Assembly: GCA_026391975.1 (NCBI GenBank)
Contig: JAPLDB010000110.1
Span: 3,535-67,534, forward strand
Direction of reading: 5' to 3'
DNA from: Bacteroidota bacterium
Lineage (GTDB): Bacteria; Bacteroidota; Bacteroidia; AKYH767-A; 2013-40CM-41-45
DNA length: 64,000 nucleotides
Shown one piece after another: positions 8,979 through 18,666 of this stretch. Made by a program: the position numbers and the translations under genes. The notes under the pieces are model-generated. The model saw only the letters and a list, made by a program, of their open reading frames with translations. It was not told the DNA's origin and made no database searches. Positions within the stretch are counted from its first letter, which is position 1. Each line of letters starts with the position of its first letter.

Positions 8979-9737
8979 ATGAAAAGCACTCTCACATTTT
9001 GCATGCTCCTCACATTAATTCTCGGAATAACATGCAGATTTTCCTTCGCGCAAACAGATTCCAACCTTGTTCATGTCAATGGACGGGTTTATGATCCTGC
9101 CACACCCAAACCCGATCTCAATAATTTTATGATCGTTGATATGGAAACCCAGCACGGGTTTTATGGTAAGGCAGATGGCTCTTTCAGCATTGACATCAAT
9201 AAAAATGACACACTTGTAATAGCTGTTATAGGATATGAATTTGTAAAATATTGCTTCAGGGATTCTATTCCAAAAGAACGATACGATCTCCTCGTCAGGC
9301 TAAAAAGAAAAGAAATTCAACTTCCGGAAGTCCGCGTCATTGCTCCGCGTGATCTTGAAGCCATCGAACGCGATATTCAGAAACTTGGATACAACAAACG
9401 GGATTATGAGATCAGCGGGATCAATGCACTTGAAAGTCCAATCACTTTTTTATATGAAGAATTCAGCCGTTTTGAGCAATTGCGCAGGCACAATGCACAA
9501 ATCGTGAATAATGAAAAGCGACGGAACCTGCTGAAAGAACTGCTTTCAAGGTATGTTGCTGATGACATTATTAGCCTGAGTAATGACGAATTCGAACATT
9601 TCATTGACTTCTGTGATGTCAATGAGTCATTCATGAAATCTGCTTCCCAATACGACTTCATGGTTTTTATCAAACGTAAGTTCGAGATGTTTGAAGCCAT
9701 GAATGACTATTACAGACCGAATAGGAAGTATAGGTGA
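8979..9737 (+). CDS. Hypothetical secreted protein with an N-terminal carboxypeptidase-regulatory-like (CarboxypepD_reg) beta-sandwich
   Basis: Signal peptide MKSTLTFCMLLTLILGITCRFSFAQ. Followed by ..VHVNGRVYDPATPKPDLNNFMIVD..GFYGKADGSFSI. Confidence 0.5.
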   Translation: MKSTLTFCMLLTLILGITCRFSFAQTDSNLVHVNGRVYDPATPKPDLNNFMIVDMETQHGFYGKADGSFSIDINKNDTLVIAVIGYEFVKYCFRDSIPKERYDLLVRLKRKEIQLPEVRVIAPRDLEAIERDIQKLGYNKRDYEISGINALESPITFLYEEFSRFEQLRRHNAQIVNNEKRRNLLKELLSRYVADDIISLSNDEFEHFIDFCDVNESFMKSASQYDFMVFIKRKFEMFEAMNDYYRPNRKYR

Positions 9738-9786
9738 GGAGTTGAGTAGTTGAGTAGTTGAGTGGGTGATTAGGTGATTAGGTAGC
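9733..9786. repeat. 8-bp tandem repeat (TAGTTGAG / TAGGTGAT) straddling the stop codon of the 8979-9737 gene
   Basis: ggtgaggagttgagtagttgagtagttgagtgggtgattaggtgattaggtagc. The downstream region 9811-9850 carries complementary-orientation units (tcaaccta..). Confidence 0.55.
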
Positions 9787-9854
9787 AGCCAAAAACAACA
9801 ACGAGAGGTTAATTCTTTCCCTATTCAACCTATCAACCTAATTAACCAATCAAC

Positions 9855-9862
9855 TATCTTTG
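9855..9862 (+). promoter_or_regulatory. Bacteroidota sigma-A -7 box candidate (TATCTTTG, TAnnTTTG consensus) 5 bp upstream of the ATG at 9867
   Basis: Motif match only. It implies a leaderless or very short-leader mRNA. Confidence 0.3.
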
Positions 9863-9866
9863 CATT

Positions 9867-10715
9867 ATGAAAACGATTTATTACACATCATTCGCATTGC
9901 TGTTTGCTTTGGCGATCATAACCACTGGTTGCAAAAAAGAAAAGGAAGAAGATTATGACACACAGTCTTCTCAAGACAATGCACAATCTGAAAACATCTT
10001 CAATGAGATCAATGAAATTGCTGATCAGGCAGTTGAAGATGGTCAATTGAGCACGCACCGTTTTGGGTCCGGAGAATCCGGCTTACTAACTTCCTGTGCA
10101 ATGATCACTGTCAATATTGATACTACAGACGGATCAGGCACAGCAATAATTGACTTCGGATCGCACTTCTGTCAGGGAAATGATGCCAAGTTCAGAAAAG
10201 GACAGATCAATGTCAGTTTCACCGGTGCCTATAGAAATGCAGGAACAGTGATCACCATGAATGCAATAAATTATTTTGTTGGATATGATTCGTCATATGC
10301 CACTAAAGTAAACGGACAACGGGTGGTTACAAACAACGGTTTGAACAGTTCAGGAAACCCGAATTTTTCAATACAGGCGAATGCCACTCTGGTCAACTAC
10401 CTGAGCCAGCAAATGACATGGAACAGTACGCGCAACAGGGAATGGATTGCCGGCGACAGCACTACTTCTTGGGTTGATGATGAATATCTCATTACAGGAA
10501 GTGCAAACGGAAAGAGTTTTGCAGGAGTAAACTTTAGTGCTTTAGTGACACAAGCGTTGCACGTTAAGTTAAGCTGCCGATGGATTACTGAAGGGAAGTT
10601 CACACTCACACCTGAAGGTAAACCGGAACGTTATTTAGACTACGGCAACGGAACCTGCGACGGAGATGCAACAGTAACCATCGGTGATAAAACATACCAG
10701 GTTACTTTAAGGTAG
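9867..10715 (+). CDS. Hypothetical lipoprotein
   Basis: Lipobox ..IITTGCKKEKEED after a signal peptide. 282 aa with no recognisable family. Confidence 0.55.
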   Translation: MKTIYYTSFALLFALAIITTGCKKEKEEDYDTQSSQDNAQSENIFNEINEIADQAVEDGQLSTHRFGSGESGLLTSCAMITVNIDTTDGSGTAIIDFGSHFCQGNDAKFRKGQINVSFTGAYRNAGTVITMNAINYFVGYDSSYATKVNGQRVVTNNGLNSSGNPNFSIQANATLVNYLSQQMTWNSTRNREWIAGDSTTSWVDDEYLITGSANGKSFAGVNFSALVTQALHVKLSCRWITEGKFTLTPEGKPERYLDYGNGTCDGDATVTIGDKTYQVTLR

Positions 10716-10737
10716 TATTGCCGCGCAAATTTTCTCA

Positions 10738-10950
10738 ATGAATTCCATGTATATTCTAAAGGTTAGAGGCACAGCAAAAATTCCGGACTACATTCAGTTG
10801 AGGGGTGATGACTTTACACTTATTGCGTATTTCCGTGTCGACCGCCCTGAGAAAGCACTCACCAAAGCAGGTCTGGCAGATAAGGCAGAACAAATTATGA
10901 AATCCATTGTTGAAATACCTTATGGAAAAATGCTAAAGCTGGATATATAG
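10738..10950 (+). CDS. Small hypothetical protein (70 aa)
   Basis: ORF only. Plausible spacing after the upstream gene, no family recognised. Confidence 0.3.
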   Translation: MNSMYILKVRGTAKIPDYIQLRGDDFTLIAYFRVDRPEKALTKAGLADKAEQIMKSIVEIPYGKMLKLDI

Positions 10951-10986
10951 TTGATTGGTTGAGTGGTTGAGTGGTTGATTGGTTCG
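10948..10986. repeat. 8-bp tandem repeat (TTGAKTGG) immediately after the stop at 10948-10950
   Basis: tagttgattggttgagtggttgagtggttgattggttcg. Confidence 0.55.
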
Positions 10987-11001
10987 TTATAAAAAATTTC
11001 A

Positions 11002-11682
11002 ATGTCAGAAGCAATTGTAAAACTTACAGGTATAAATATTTATCAGTCTAAAAACCTGATACTCTCCGGCGTAAACCTGCAAATTGACAAAGGTGAATTT
11101 GTTTACCTCATTGGTAAAACAGGCAGCGGGAAAAGTTCATTGTTAAAAATGATTTATGGAGACGTAGAACTGGTTGAAGGCGAAGGTCACGTTGCCGGCT
11201 TTTCTCTAAACAACCTGAAGAAAAAACAAGTCCCTTATCTCAGAAGAAGACTCGGTATCGTATTTCAGGACTTTCAGTTGCTCACCGACCGTAGCATCAA
11301 TGACAACCTTCTATTTGTACTGAAGGCAACCGGATGGAACGACAAATCAAAAATGCTGTCGCGGGTAAATGAAGTATTGGAGAAAGTACACCTGACAACG
11401 AAAGGATTTAAAATGCCGCATGAATTAAGTGGTGGAGAACAGCAACGCGTTGTCATTGCCCGTGCATTGCTGAACGACCCTGAATTGATTCTTGCCGATG
11501 AACCAACAGGAAACCTGGACCCTGAAACATCTGACAGCATCATGCGTCTTCTTTTTGAGATCAGCAATTCCGGTCGCGCAGTATTAATGGCAACACATAA
11601 TTATTCTTTGATGGATAAGTTTCCAGCACGAACGATCAAGTGCGAAAACGGAAAAATAACAGAGGAATTACAATCGGCCTGA
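11002..11682 (+). CDS. ftsE: Cell-division ABC ATPase FtsE
   Basis: Walker A GKTGSGKSS, ABC signature LSGGEQQRVVIARAL, Walker B ILADEPTGNLD. At 226 aa the size fits FtsE. Confidence 0.75.
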   Translation: MSEAIVKLTGINIYQSKNLILSGVNLQIDKGEFVYLIGKTGSGKSSLLKMIYGDVELVEGEGHVAGFSLNNLKKKQVPYLRRRLGIVFQDFQLLTDRSINDNLLFVLKATGWNDKSKMLSRVNEVLEKVHLTTKGFKMPHELSGGEQQRVVIARALLNDPELILADEPTGNLDPETSDSIMRLLFEISNSGRAVLMATHNYSLMDKFPARTIKCENGKITEELQSA

Positions 11683-11698
11683 CAAAGCCATCCATTGA

Positions 11699-12883
11699 TT
11701 ATAGAAAGAGCACCTTCAATATTTTTTTTCCATTCTCAATATTGGAGAAATCCCTGAGCAAAATCTCTTCACGCTTCTTTCGCTCTCGGTCAGTAAATTC
11801 TTTTTCGAATACTAATTTTACTTTCTCCTTCATTGCTTCAGGAGAATTTGCCATGATACATAATGGTTCGAGTCCTGTATTTTCAACCATTGGCTTGTTG
11901 ACAATGCAAAATCGTCCTGCAAAAAGTGCCGAAAGCAGCTTTAGTTTTATTCCTGTCGACTGAAACGTAGGAAGTATGTTGCAATGCGCTTCAGCAATAT
12001 ACTCCTGGATCTGATCATGTGAAAGATCGTTATGCAAAGCAACATTGGATTTTGTTCTGACAATTTTCTTAAGCTCATCAGAAGGCTTGCTCCCGGCAAT
12101 GATGAGTTGTTGATCGAGATCGTTAAATACTTTGTTTACTAAATAAAGCGCAGCTTCGTTGTTTTCCCCCACTGACAGGTTCCCATGGTAAAAAGCATAA
12201 TCCCCCTTACCTGTTTTGCATGTCACTGTTTCATGCGGATGAAATGCTGTTACATAATGGACATGCTCATACTTCGATGAAAAGTATTTTGTGTCATTCG
12301 GTGAAATGGCAAAAATTCCAGAAGCATTTTTTAGCACAGGTTCATACTTAAGTAATTTGCCGGCTTCATTGTAAAAATAATAACGCTTGAAAATATTCCC
12401 TTCAACCTTTGCGAGGTTTTCGTAATAGTCGTGTTCCACATTATGGGAGCGCACGTACATTTTCCGTTTACCAAAATCAGGATCCCCGAGCCAACGGGTA
12501 GAATGCAGGCCTTCCATGAAAATGGGAAAATTATTTTTCAGAAGGTTTTTTTTTAGCTCATCTGATTCCCTGCTAAGCACGATATACGGGTATGTATTAA
12601 AAAGCTGGCTCTTTGAAGTTCTCCGGGAATAATAATGGATAGAAGAACAGATACTTTTTAATTCATCGGCGCCCTTACGGCCATATTCGAAACAATGCAA
12701 GTGTACATTTACTCCGAGCGCATGCAACGATTTGATCTTATAGAAAACATCAATCACACCCCCATAATCAGGAGGGTAAGGAACATCAAATGCAATAAGG
12801 TTTATATTCTTTTCAGAGGACGTCACGGAAAATCTGCAGCAGCTTTTGTTCTTCTTTTTCCCAGCATAGTTCTGCGGCTGCAA
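11699..12883 (-). CDS. Glycosyltransferase, GT-B fold (GT1/GT4 family)
   Basis: 394 aa with a GT4-like C-terminal half. Overlaps the next gene by about 70 bp, so the true start may be internal or non-ATG. Confidence 0.65.
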   Translation of the reverse strand: MQPQNYAGKKKNKSCCRFSVTSSEKNINLIAFDVPYPPDYGGVIDVFYKIKSLHALGVNVHLHCFEYGRKGADELKSICSSIHYYSRRTSKSQLFNTYPYIVLSRESDELKKNLLKNNFPIFMEGLHSTRWLGDPDFGKRKMYVRSHNVEHDYYENLAKVEGNIFKRYYFYNEAGKLLKYEPVLKNASGIFAISPNDTKYFSSKYEHVHYVTAFHPHETVTCKTGKGDYAFYHGNLSVGENNEAALYLVNKVFNDLDQQLIIAGSKPSDELKKIVRTKSNVALHNDLSHDQIQEYIAEAHCNILPTFQSTGIKLKLLSALFAGRFCIVNKPMVENTGLEPLCIMANSPEAMKEKVKLVFEKEFTDRERKKREEILLRDFSNIENGKKILKVLFL

Positions 12884-13922
12884 GTTTCAGATTTTCCTTC
12901 CACGTGTCAAATCTTTTTTCATCAGAAAGCATTTCTTTAATCCGTTCTGCCAAATAAACAGGATTATGGCTTTCTGCGATCATCCCGACCTTGTATCCAT
13001 CCACTATCTTTCTCAATTCCAAAAGGTTAGAGGACAAAACAGGCAGGCCTGCATGGATATAATCAAAGATCTTATTCGGAAGGGAATACCGATAGTTGAT
13101 ATTGGTGTCTTTATCGAGCGACAATCCAATGTCTGCAAGAGCCGTATAAGACTGTAATTCATGAAAAGGAAGCCTTGCAATGAAGCGAACTTTTTCTGCC
13201 ACCTTAAACTGAACAGCCATTTCTTTCAGTCTGTTCATCACATCTCCGCCTCCAATGAAAAGCAACAGGCAATTGTCAAGGTATTGCATTGCCTCAACGG
13301 CCTCTTCTCCTCCCCTGTCAATATTGATTCCGGCGCCCTGGAACAGCAGAATTTTTTTATCGGCAGGAAGATTCAATTCTGCTCTCGTACGAACAGCCAG
13401 AGGCCTGGTAGAAAATGGTACGTTCCTGATCACACCTACTTCTTTCCTGTATTCGTCACTGTAAAGCTTTGCGATAGAATCATTCACAGTCCAGACATGC
13501 GCTAGTTTGGGAAAAATCCACCGTTCAATGCTTTTCCATATTTTCTGAATTTTCGGCCGGCTGACCAGTTCCGGTACTTCTGTAAAATACTCATGTGCAT
13601 CATAATACAACTTGGCTCCTTTAAGCTTTGAAATCAGGTAATTAGGCAGAAGGGTATCAAGGTCATTTGAGACAAGTACATCCACCTTATTAAACAGCAA
13701 AAAGAAAAAAAGCCGAAGATTATACGCCCCATAAAACAATGCTCCTTTCTCCCACCAAAGCTTAAAACGGACAGTTTTGTAGGACCTTGAAATATCCTGA
13801 CTGTCACCTTTCCTGCGGCCAACAAGGATTACTTCATGGCCCGTTCCTGAAAGCGTAGTCGCAGTGCGGTGTACCCGTTGATCGGTAACCAGGTCGCTCA
13901 CAACTGAAATAATAATCCTCAT
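12813..13922 (-). CDS. Glycosyltransferase family 4 (GT-B)
   Basis: 369 aa. The C-terminal half has the retaining GT4 nucleotide-binding Rossmann fold (..EGFGL-like region FQGAGINIDRGGEE..). Confidence 0.65.
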   Translation of the reverse strand: MRIIISVVSDLVTDQRVHRTATTLSGTGHEVILVGRRKGDSQDISRSYKTVRFKLWWEKGALFYGAYNLRLFFFLLFNKVDVLVSNDLDTLLPNYLISKLKGAKLYYDAHEYFTEVPELVSRPKIQKIWKSIERWIFPKLAHVWTVNDSIAKLYSDEYRKEVGVIRNVPFSTRPLAVRTRAELNLPADKKILLFQGAGINIDRGGEEAVEAMQYLDNCLLLFIGGGDVMNRLKEMAVQFKVAEKVRFIARLPFHELQSYTALADIGLSLDKDTNINYRYSLPNKIFDYIHAGLPVLSSNLLELRKIVDGYKVGMIAESHNPVYLAERIKEMLSDEKRFDTWKENLKLAAAELCWEKEEQKLLQIFRDVL

Positions 13923-14072
13923 AATCTGTAATCAGGGGCAATTAACTCAAAATTACCTGTAATAACGCCCTTACAAATACTTTATTGTTCAGCGGTTATT
14001 GTCTATTTTTGTTAAACAAAATGGCAGGCAATTCTTGTGATTAAAATCATATTTGCCATGGATGTATTACTT

Positions 14073-14080
14073 TATTTTTG
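14073..14080 (+). promoter_or_regulatory. -7 box candidate TATTTTTG upstream of paaA
   Basis: TAnnTTTG match located 10 bp before ATG 14090. Confidence 0.3.
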
Positions 14081-14089
14081 GCCGAAATT

Positions 14090-15046
14090 ATGAGCATAAA
14101 AAACCTTACTGAAGAAGAACTGGAAAAGAGATTTCATGACCGCATTGAGAAGGGTGAAATCATCGAACCCAAGGACTGGATGCCTGAGCGCTACCGTAAG
14201 CAGCTAATCCGTATGATGAGCCAGCATGCCCACAGCGAAGTTGTAGGGATGTTGCCCGAAGGAAATTGGATTACAAGGGCGCCCAGCCTGCGAAGAAAAG
14301 CTGTCTTGCTTGCGAAAGTGCAAGATGAAGGAGGCCACGGTCTGTATATTTATTGCGGCACAGAAACGCTTGGTATTTCAAGAGAAGAAATGCTGGACGG
14401 ATTCCTTACCGGAAAAGCAAAATATTCTTCCATCTTTAATTATCCAACCCTTAACTGGGCTGACATGGGTGCGATCGGATGGTTGGTTGATGGCGCTGCC
14501 ATTGTCAATCAGACTGTTCTTGCGAAATGTTCCTACGGCCCTTACTCTCGTGCCATGGTGCGCATCTGTAAGGAAGAAAATTTTCACCACAAGCAGGGAT
14601 ATGAAATCTTGGCAACCATGATGAAAGGCACTGATGCTCAAAAGCAAATGGCTCAGGATGCAATCAACCGTTTCTGGTGGCCTTCATTGATGATGTTTGG
14701 TCCAAGTGACAAGGATTCTCCGAACAGCGGCGACCTTTTGAAATGGAAGGTGAAACTGTTTTCAAATGATGAGTTGCGCCAGCGATTCATCGACCGCACT
14801 GTTCCTCAGGCAGAAAACATTGGCATCAAACTTCCTGACCCATTATTGAAATGGAATGAAGCAAAAGGACATTATGATCATGGAGATATTAACTGGGAAG
14901 AATTTTACAATGTGATCAATGGCCGTGGTCCATGCAATAAACAGCGCATGAAACAAAGACGTGATGCACATATAAATGGCGAATGGGTCAGGGATGCAGT
15001 AGTTGCACATGAAGAAAAGAAAAAATCAGAAAAAGTTGCTGCCTGA
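14090..15046 (+). CDS. paaA: 1,2-phenylacetyl-CoA epoxidase subunit A. The ORF track begins at TTG 14078; ATG 14090 is preferred.
   Basis: Ferritin-like di-iron oxygenase. Strong family match (..[35 protein letters not shown]..). Confidence 0.85.
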   Translation: MSIKNLTEEELEKRFHDRIEKGEIIEPKDWMPERYRKQLIRMMSQHAHSEVVGMLPEGNWITRAPSLRRKAVLLAKVQDEGGHGLYIYCGTETLGISREEMLDGFLTGKAKYSSIFNYPTLNWADMGAIGWLVDGAAIVNQTVLAKCSYGPYSRAMVRICKEENFHHKQGYEILATMMKGTDAQKQMAQDAINRFWWPSLMMFGPSDKDSPNSGDLLKWKVKLFSNDELRQRFIDRTVPQAENIGIKLPDPLLKWNEAKGHYDHGDINWEEFYNVINGRGPCNKQRMKQRRDAHINGEWVRDAVVAHEEKKKSEKVAA

Positions 15047-15079
15047 TCTCTTGCAGCGCTTTACCAAAGACAATATTTT

Positions 15080-15364
15080 ATGACAACAGATACACAATGG
15101 CCACTCTGGGAAGTCTTCACTCAGAAAAAACAGGGCGCTCCTCATGAGCATGCAGGCAGCGTACATGCTGTAGATAAGGAAATGGCTTTGCAGAATGCGC
15201 GCGATGTTTATTCGAGAAGAAATGAGGCCATCAGTTTATGGGTAGTTCCTACTGAGGCAATAACAGCAAGCACTCCTGAAGACATGGGCTCATTCTTTGA
15301 TCCTGCCAATGACAAAGCTTACCGCCATCCTAATTTTTTTAAAACCCCCGGAGCTAAATTTTAA
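15080..15364 (+). CDS. paaB: 1,2-phenylacetyl-CoA epoxidase subunit B
   Basis: 94 aa. WPLWEVF..HAGSVHAV..ALQNARDVYSRR is characteristic of PaaB. Confidence 0.85.
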   Translation: MTTDTQWPLWEVFTQKKQGAPHEHAGSVHAVDKEMALQNARDVYSRRNEAISLWVVPTEAITASTPEDMGSFFDPANDKAYRHPNFFKTPGAKF

Positions 15365-15429
15365 GTTTGCAATACCTAGTCCTTGTACGAAATACTTGCT
15401 TATAGCTTATTGCCTCCCGACACTTCGGG

Positions 15430-16206
15430 ATGCCAACTTTTGAAAAAATGATAAACAAAAATGATTTAGTTACATACTGCCTTCGGATCGCCGACACTTC
15501 TCTCATCCTCGGTCAGCGGCTTGGAGAGTGGTGTGGCCACGGACCCATTCTTGAAGAAGATATTGCATTGACAAATATTTCTCTTGACTGCATCGGGCAA
15601 GCGAGGGGATTTTATACTTATGCTGCAGCGCTGGAAGGAACAGGAAAAACAGAGGACGATCTTGCTTATTTGCGTGACGAACGCGAGTTTCAAAATCTGC
15701 TCATTGCAGAACAACCCAACGGAGATTTTGGCCAAACCATCATGCGCCAGTTTTTGGTAAGCGCTTTTCAGTATTATTTTTTTGAGGAACTGAAAAATTC
15801 AAAAGACAAAACCATTGCTGCACTGGCAGAAAAATCACAGAAAGAAGTTTCCTATCACCTGAGACATTCTTCAGCATGGGTGATTCGCCTTGGTGACGGA
15901 ACCGATGAAAGCAAAAAGAGAATGGAAAAAGCGATCGATGAGCTATGGATGTATACAGGAGACATGTTCGACATGGACGAAACCGATGCAACACTCATCA
16001 AAGAATCCATCGCTGTTGATACAAAAAAGATCAAACAACTTTGGGAAAATAAAATAAGGGAGGTCTTTGCTGAAGCTTCATTAACTGTCCCGGAAAATAT
16101 TTTCATGATGAGCGGAAGTCGCGAAGGAAAACACACAGAGAACCTTGGTTTTATACTGGCTGAGATGCAGTCGCTGCACAGGGCGCATCCGGGGGCGGAA
16201 TGGTAA
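15430..16206 (+). CDS. paaC: 1,2-phenylacetyl-CoA epoxidase subunit C
   Basis: 258 aa PaaC-like ferritin fold, positioned between paaB and paaD. Confidence 0.8.
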   Translation: MPTFEKMINKNDLVTYCLRIADTSLILGQRLGEWCGHGPILEEDIALTNISLDCIGQARGFYTYAAALEGTGKTEDDLAYLRDEREFQNLLIAEQPNGDFGQTIMRQFLVSAFQYYFFEELKNSKDKTIAALAEKSQKEVSYHLRHSSAWVIRLGDGTDESKKRMEKAIDELWMYTGDMFDMDETDATLIKESIAVDTKKIKQLWENKIREVFAEASLTVPENIFMMSGSREGKHTENLGFILAEMQSLHRAHPGAEW

Positions 16207-16270
16207 TGAAAAGTCAAAAGTCAAAAGTTAGAAGTTAGAAGTTAGAAGTTAGAAGTTAGAAGTTAGAAGA
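16207..16270. repeat. Perfect heptamer microsatellite (AAAAGTC)x2-(AGTTAGA)x6 filling the paaC-paaD intercistronic gap
   Basis: tgaaaagtcaaaagtcaaaagttagaagttagaagttagaagttagaagttagaagttagaag. It begins 1 bp after the paaC stop and ends at the paaD start. Confidence 0.8.
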
Positions 16271-16762
16271 TTGGCACCATCAGATATTTCCCGGATCACA
16301 TCTCAAATCTCCGACATTCCTGACCCGGAAGTTCCGGTGATCACGATTGCTGACCTCGGAATTTTGAGGGATGTGAAAGAAGATAACGGCAAAATCATTG
16401 TCACCATTACGCCTACTTATAGCGGATGCCCTGCCATGAAGGCGATAGAAAATGAGATAGCAGAGGTATTAAAGAAAAACTCCGTTAGCAATTTTGAGAT
16501 AAAGTATACATTTTCTCCTGCTTGGACTACAGACTGGCTGAATGAAAATGCAAGAGAAAAACTCAGGAAATATGGCATTGCACCTCCTGAAAAAACAACT
16601 TCAGATAAATCCGTTTTACTTGTACATACAAAAACAAAATTATGTCCAAGATGTAATTCGTCAAACACTGAAATGATCTCTGCATTCGGCTCAACAGCAT
16701 GCAAAGCTTTATACAGGTGCAAAAATTGCGGAGAACCATTTGATTATTTTAAATGTCATTAA
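16271..16762 (+). CDS. paaD: Phenylacetate-CoA oxygenase subunit PaaD. The apparent start is TTG, directly abutting the heptamer repeat.
   Basis: SUF/MIP18-like domain (..VITIADLGILRDV..TITPTYSGCPAM..) plus a C-terminal Cys4 zinc ribbon CPRCNS..CKNCGEPF. Confidence 0.8.
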   Translation: MAPSDISRITSQISDIPDPEVPVITIADLGILRDVKEDNGKIIVTITPTYSGCPAMKAIENEIAEVLKKNSVSNFEIKYTFSPAWTTDWLNENAREKLRKYGIAPPEKTTSDKSVLLVHTKTKLCPRCNSSNTEMISAFGSTACKALYRCKNCGEPFDYFKCH

Positions 16763-16763
16763 A

Positions 16764-17543
16764 ATGAGTGATTCAATAAAATACAGCGTAGAAAATTCCG
16801 TTTCGAAGATCGTACTGAACCGACCGGATAAATTCAACAGCTTCAACAGGGAGATGGCGTTTCAATTACAAAAAGCACTTGACGATGCAGCAACAAACAA
16901 ACTTGTCCGGGCTGTATATATAACCGGTGAAGGCAAAGCATTTTGTGCAGGGCAGGACCTTGCAGAAGCCATGGATCCTTCGGGGCCCGGTATCCAAAAG
17001 ATAGTTGAAGAGCATTACAATCCCATCATCAGAAAGATCCGTGCCCTCAAGAAGCCTGTCGTTTGTGGAGTGAATGGTGTTGCAGCCGGTGCAGGCGCCA
17101 ATATTGCACTTGCATGTGATGTGGTAATTGCTGCAACGTCTTCTTCTTTTCTACAGGCATTTTCAAAAATCGGATTGATACCGGACAGCAGCGGAACCTA
17201 CATCCTGCCACGATTGATAGGATGGAACCGTGCATCTGCACTCATGATGCTGGGAGATAAAGTACCGGCAGCCGATGCTTTGCAAATGGGAATGATATAC
17301 AAAGTAGCAGCAGATGACAAACTTCAGGAGGAAGCAATGAACATTGCCGTTACTCTTTCGAACATGCCAACCAAGGGAATAGCACTTACAAAAGAACTAC
17401 TCAACGAATCATTCCATAATACACTTGACATGCAGCTTGACATGGAACGCGACCTTCAGGTAGAAGCTGCCAACAGCTACGATTACAATGAAGGTGTGAA
17501 AGCTTTTCTCGAGAAACGCAAACCTGAATTCAAAGGCGAGTAA
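16764..17543 (+). CDS. Enoyl-CoA hydratase/isomerase (crotonase) family, likely PaaG-type 1,2-epoxyphenylacetyl-CoA isomerase. The ORF extends 5' to 16740; the preferred start is MSDSIKY.
   Basis: Crotonase-fold motifs (..ITGEGKAFCAGQDL.. oxyanion-hole region) and position directly after paaD. Confidence 0.7.
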   Translation: MSDSIKYSVENSVSKIVLNRPDKFNSFNREMAFQLQKALDDAATNKLVRAVYITGEGKAFCAGQDLAEAMDPSGPGIQKIVEEHYNPIIRKIRALKKPVVCGVNGVAAGAGANIALACDVVIAATSSSFLQAFSKIGLIPDSSGTYILPRLIGWNRASALMMLGDKVPAADALQMGMIYKVAADDKLQEEAMNIAVTLSNMPTKGIALTKELLNESFHNTLDMQLDMERDLQVEAANSYDYNEGVKAFLEKRKPEFKGE

Positions 17544-17549
17544 TCATTT

Positions 17550-18608
17550 ATGCAAATTTTCCTTTCAATATTCACCGCTTTCATCATTTCACTGATGATG
17601 ATTCCTGCCCTGATAAAGATCGCCGGGGAAAGAAACATCTTTGATGAACCGGGATTACGAAAGCTACATACATCTAAGACACCACTGCTTGGAGGTGTGG
17701 CCATTTTTTCAGGAACAATTATTTCATTTTTATTCTTCAGCGCAAATTATTTTGAGTCGTCTCAACTATACGTCCTCACATCTCTGATCATTTTATTCAT
17801 TGCAGGATTTATTGATGACCTGCATCCTTTACGACCCGGAGTAAAATTATTTCTGCAGGTGATAGCAGCGAAGATTACCGTATTATTTGCAGGCATTGAC
17901 TGCAGCGGACTTCATGGACTGTTTGGAATACATACGCTCACAGGCATTTACCCATCCATCGTATCAATACTACTTATTCTGGTAATCGTCAATGCGTTTA
18001 ACTTCATTGACGGCATTGACGGACTGGCGGGATCAATAGGGGTCGTTTCCACTGCTTGCTTTGGATTCCTTTTTCTTTCACTCAACGATAACCTCTCTGC
18101 ATTTTTATCTCTTGCACTCTGCGGATCATTATTGGCATTTTTGATCTACAATTTTTCTCCCGCAAAAATATTTATGGGTGATACAGGCACACTCGTCACG
18201 GGCTTCATCCTCTCGCTTCTTACCATTCAGTTGACAGAAGAAACAAGAACTACTGCTTCCACATTTCAATGGCTGAATTACCAGTCGGCGCCTGTAATTG
18301 CCCTTGCATTACTCATCATTCCTCTAATTGATTTTATACGCATAACTTCAATACGCATGCTGAAGGGGCAATCTCCAATACATGCAGACAACAACCACAT
18401 TCATCATGTTCTTTTGGATTCAGGCATGAACCACAGGAGGGCTACCCTGCTGCTGATCTTTGTAAACCTGCTGTTTATTTCTTCAGCCTTTCTGCTCAGG
18501 AGCATTGATCAATCTATTCTTTTCTTCGGATTAATTGTTTCCGGCATTCTGCTCAGTCAGTTACCATACCTGCTGATCAGGAAAAAATTGAAGAAAACAG
18601 TCGTTTAA
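17550..18608 (+). CDS. Polyprenyl-phosphate N-acetylhexosamine-1-phosphate transferase (MraY/WecA family, GT4 TM family)
   Basis: 352 aa polytopic membrane protein with D-D motifs (FIDDLHP, NFIDGIDGLA) typical of WecA/WbpL initiating transferases. Confidence 0.75.
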   Translation: MQIFLSIFTAFIISLMMIPALIKIAGERNIFDEPGLRKLHTSKTPLLGGVAIFSGTIISFLFFSANYFESSQLYVLTSLIILFIAGFIDDLHPLRPGVKLFLQVIAAKITVLFAGIDCSGLHGLFGIHTLTGIYPSIVSILLILVIVNAFNFIDGIDGLAGSIGVVSTACFGFLFLSLNDNLSAFLSLALCGSLLAFLIYNFSPAKIFMGDTGTLVTGFILSLLTIQLTEETRTTASTFQWLNYQSAPVIALALLIIPLIDFIRITSIRMLKGQSPIHADNNHIHHVLLDSGMNHRRATLLLIFVNLLFISSAFLLRSIDQSILFFGLIVSGILLSQLPYLLIRKKLKKTVV

Positions 18609-18666
18609 CAACTGCAACACATTTACCATTTTCCTGTATAACGAGGTTTATTTTGTAAGGAAATCT

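Noticed and set aside
12695-12940. 81-aa plus-strand ORF spanning the overlap of the two GT4 genes
   Set aside because: It lies on the opposite strand across a gene junction with no recognisable motifs, and is likely non-coding.
16207-16270. Possible CRISPR array, considered because of the regularly spaced direct repeats here and at about ten other intergenic sites
   Set aside because: The units are only 7-8 bp and perfectly tandem with no unique spacers. No 25-40-bp repeats and no cas genes were seen anywhere in the window.
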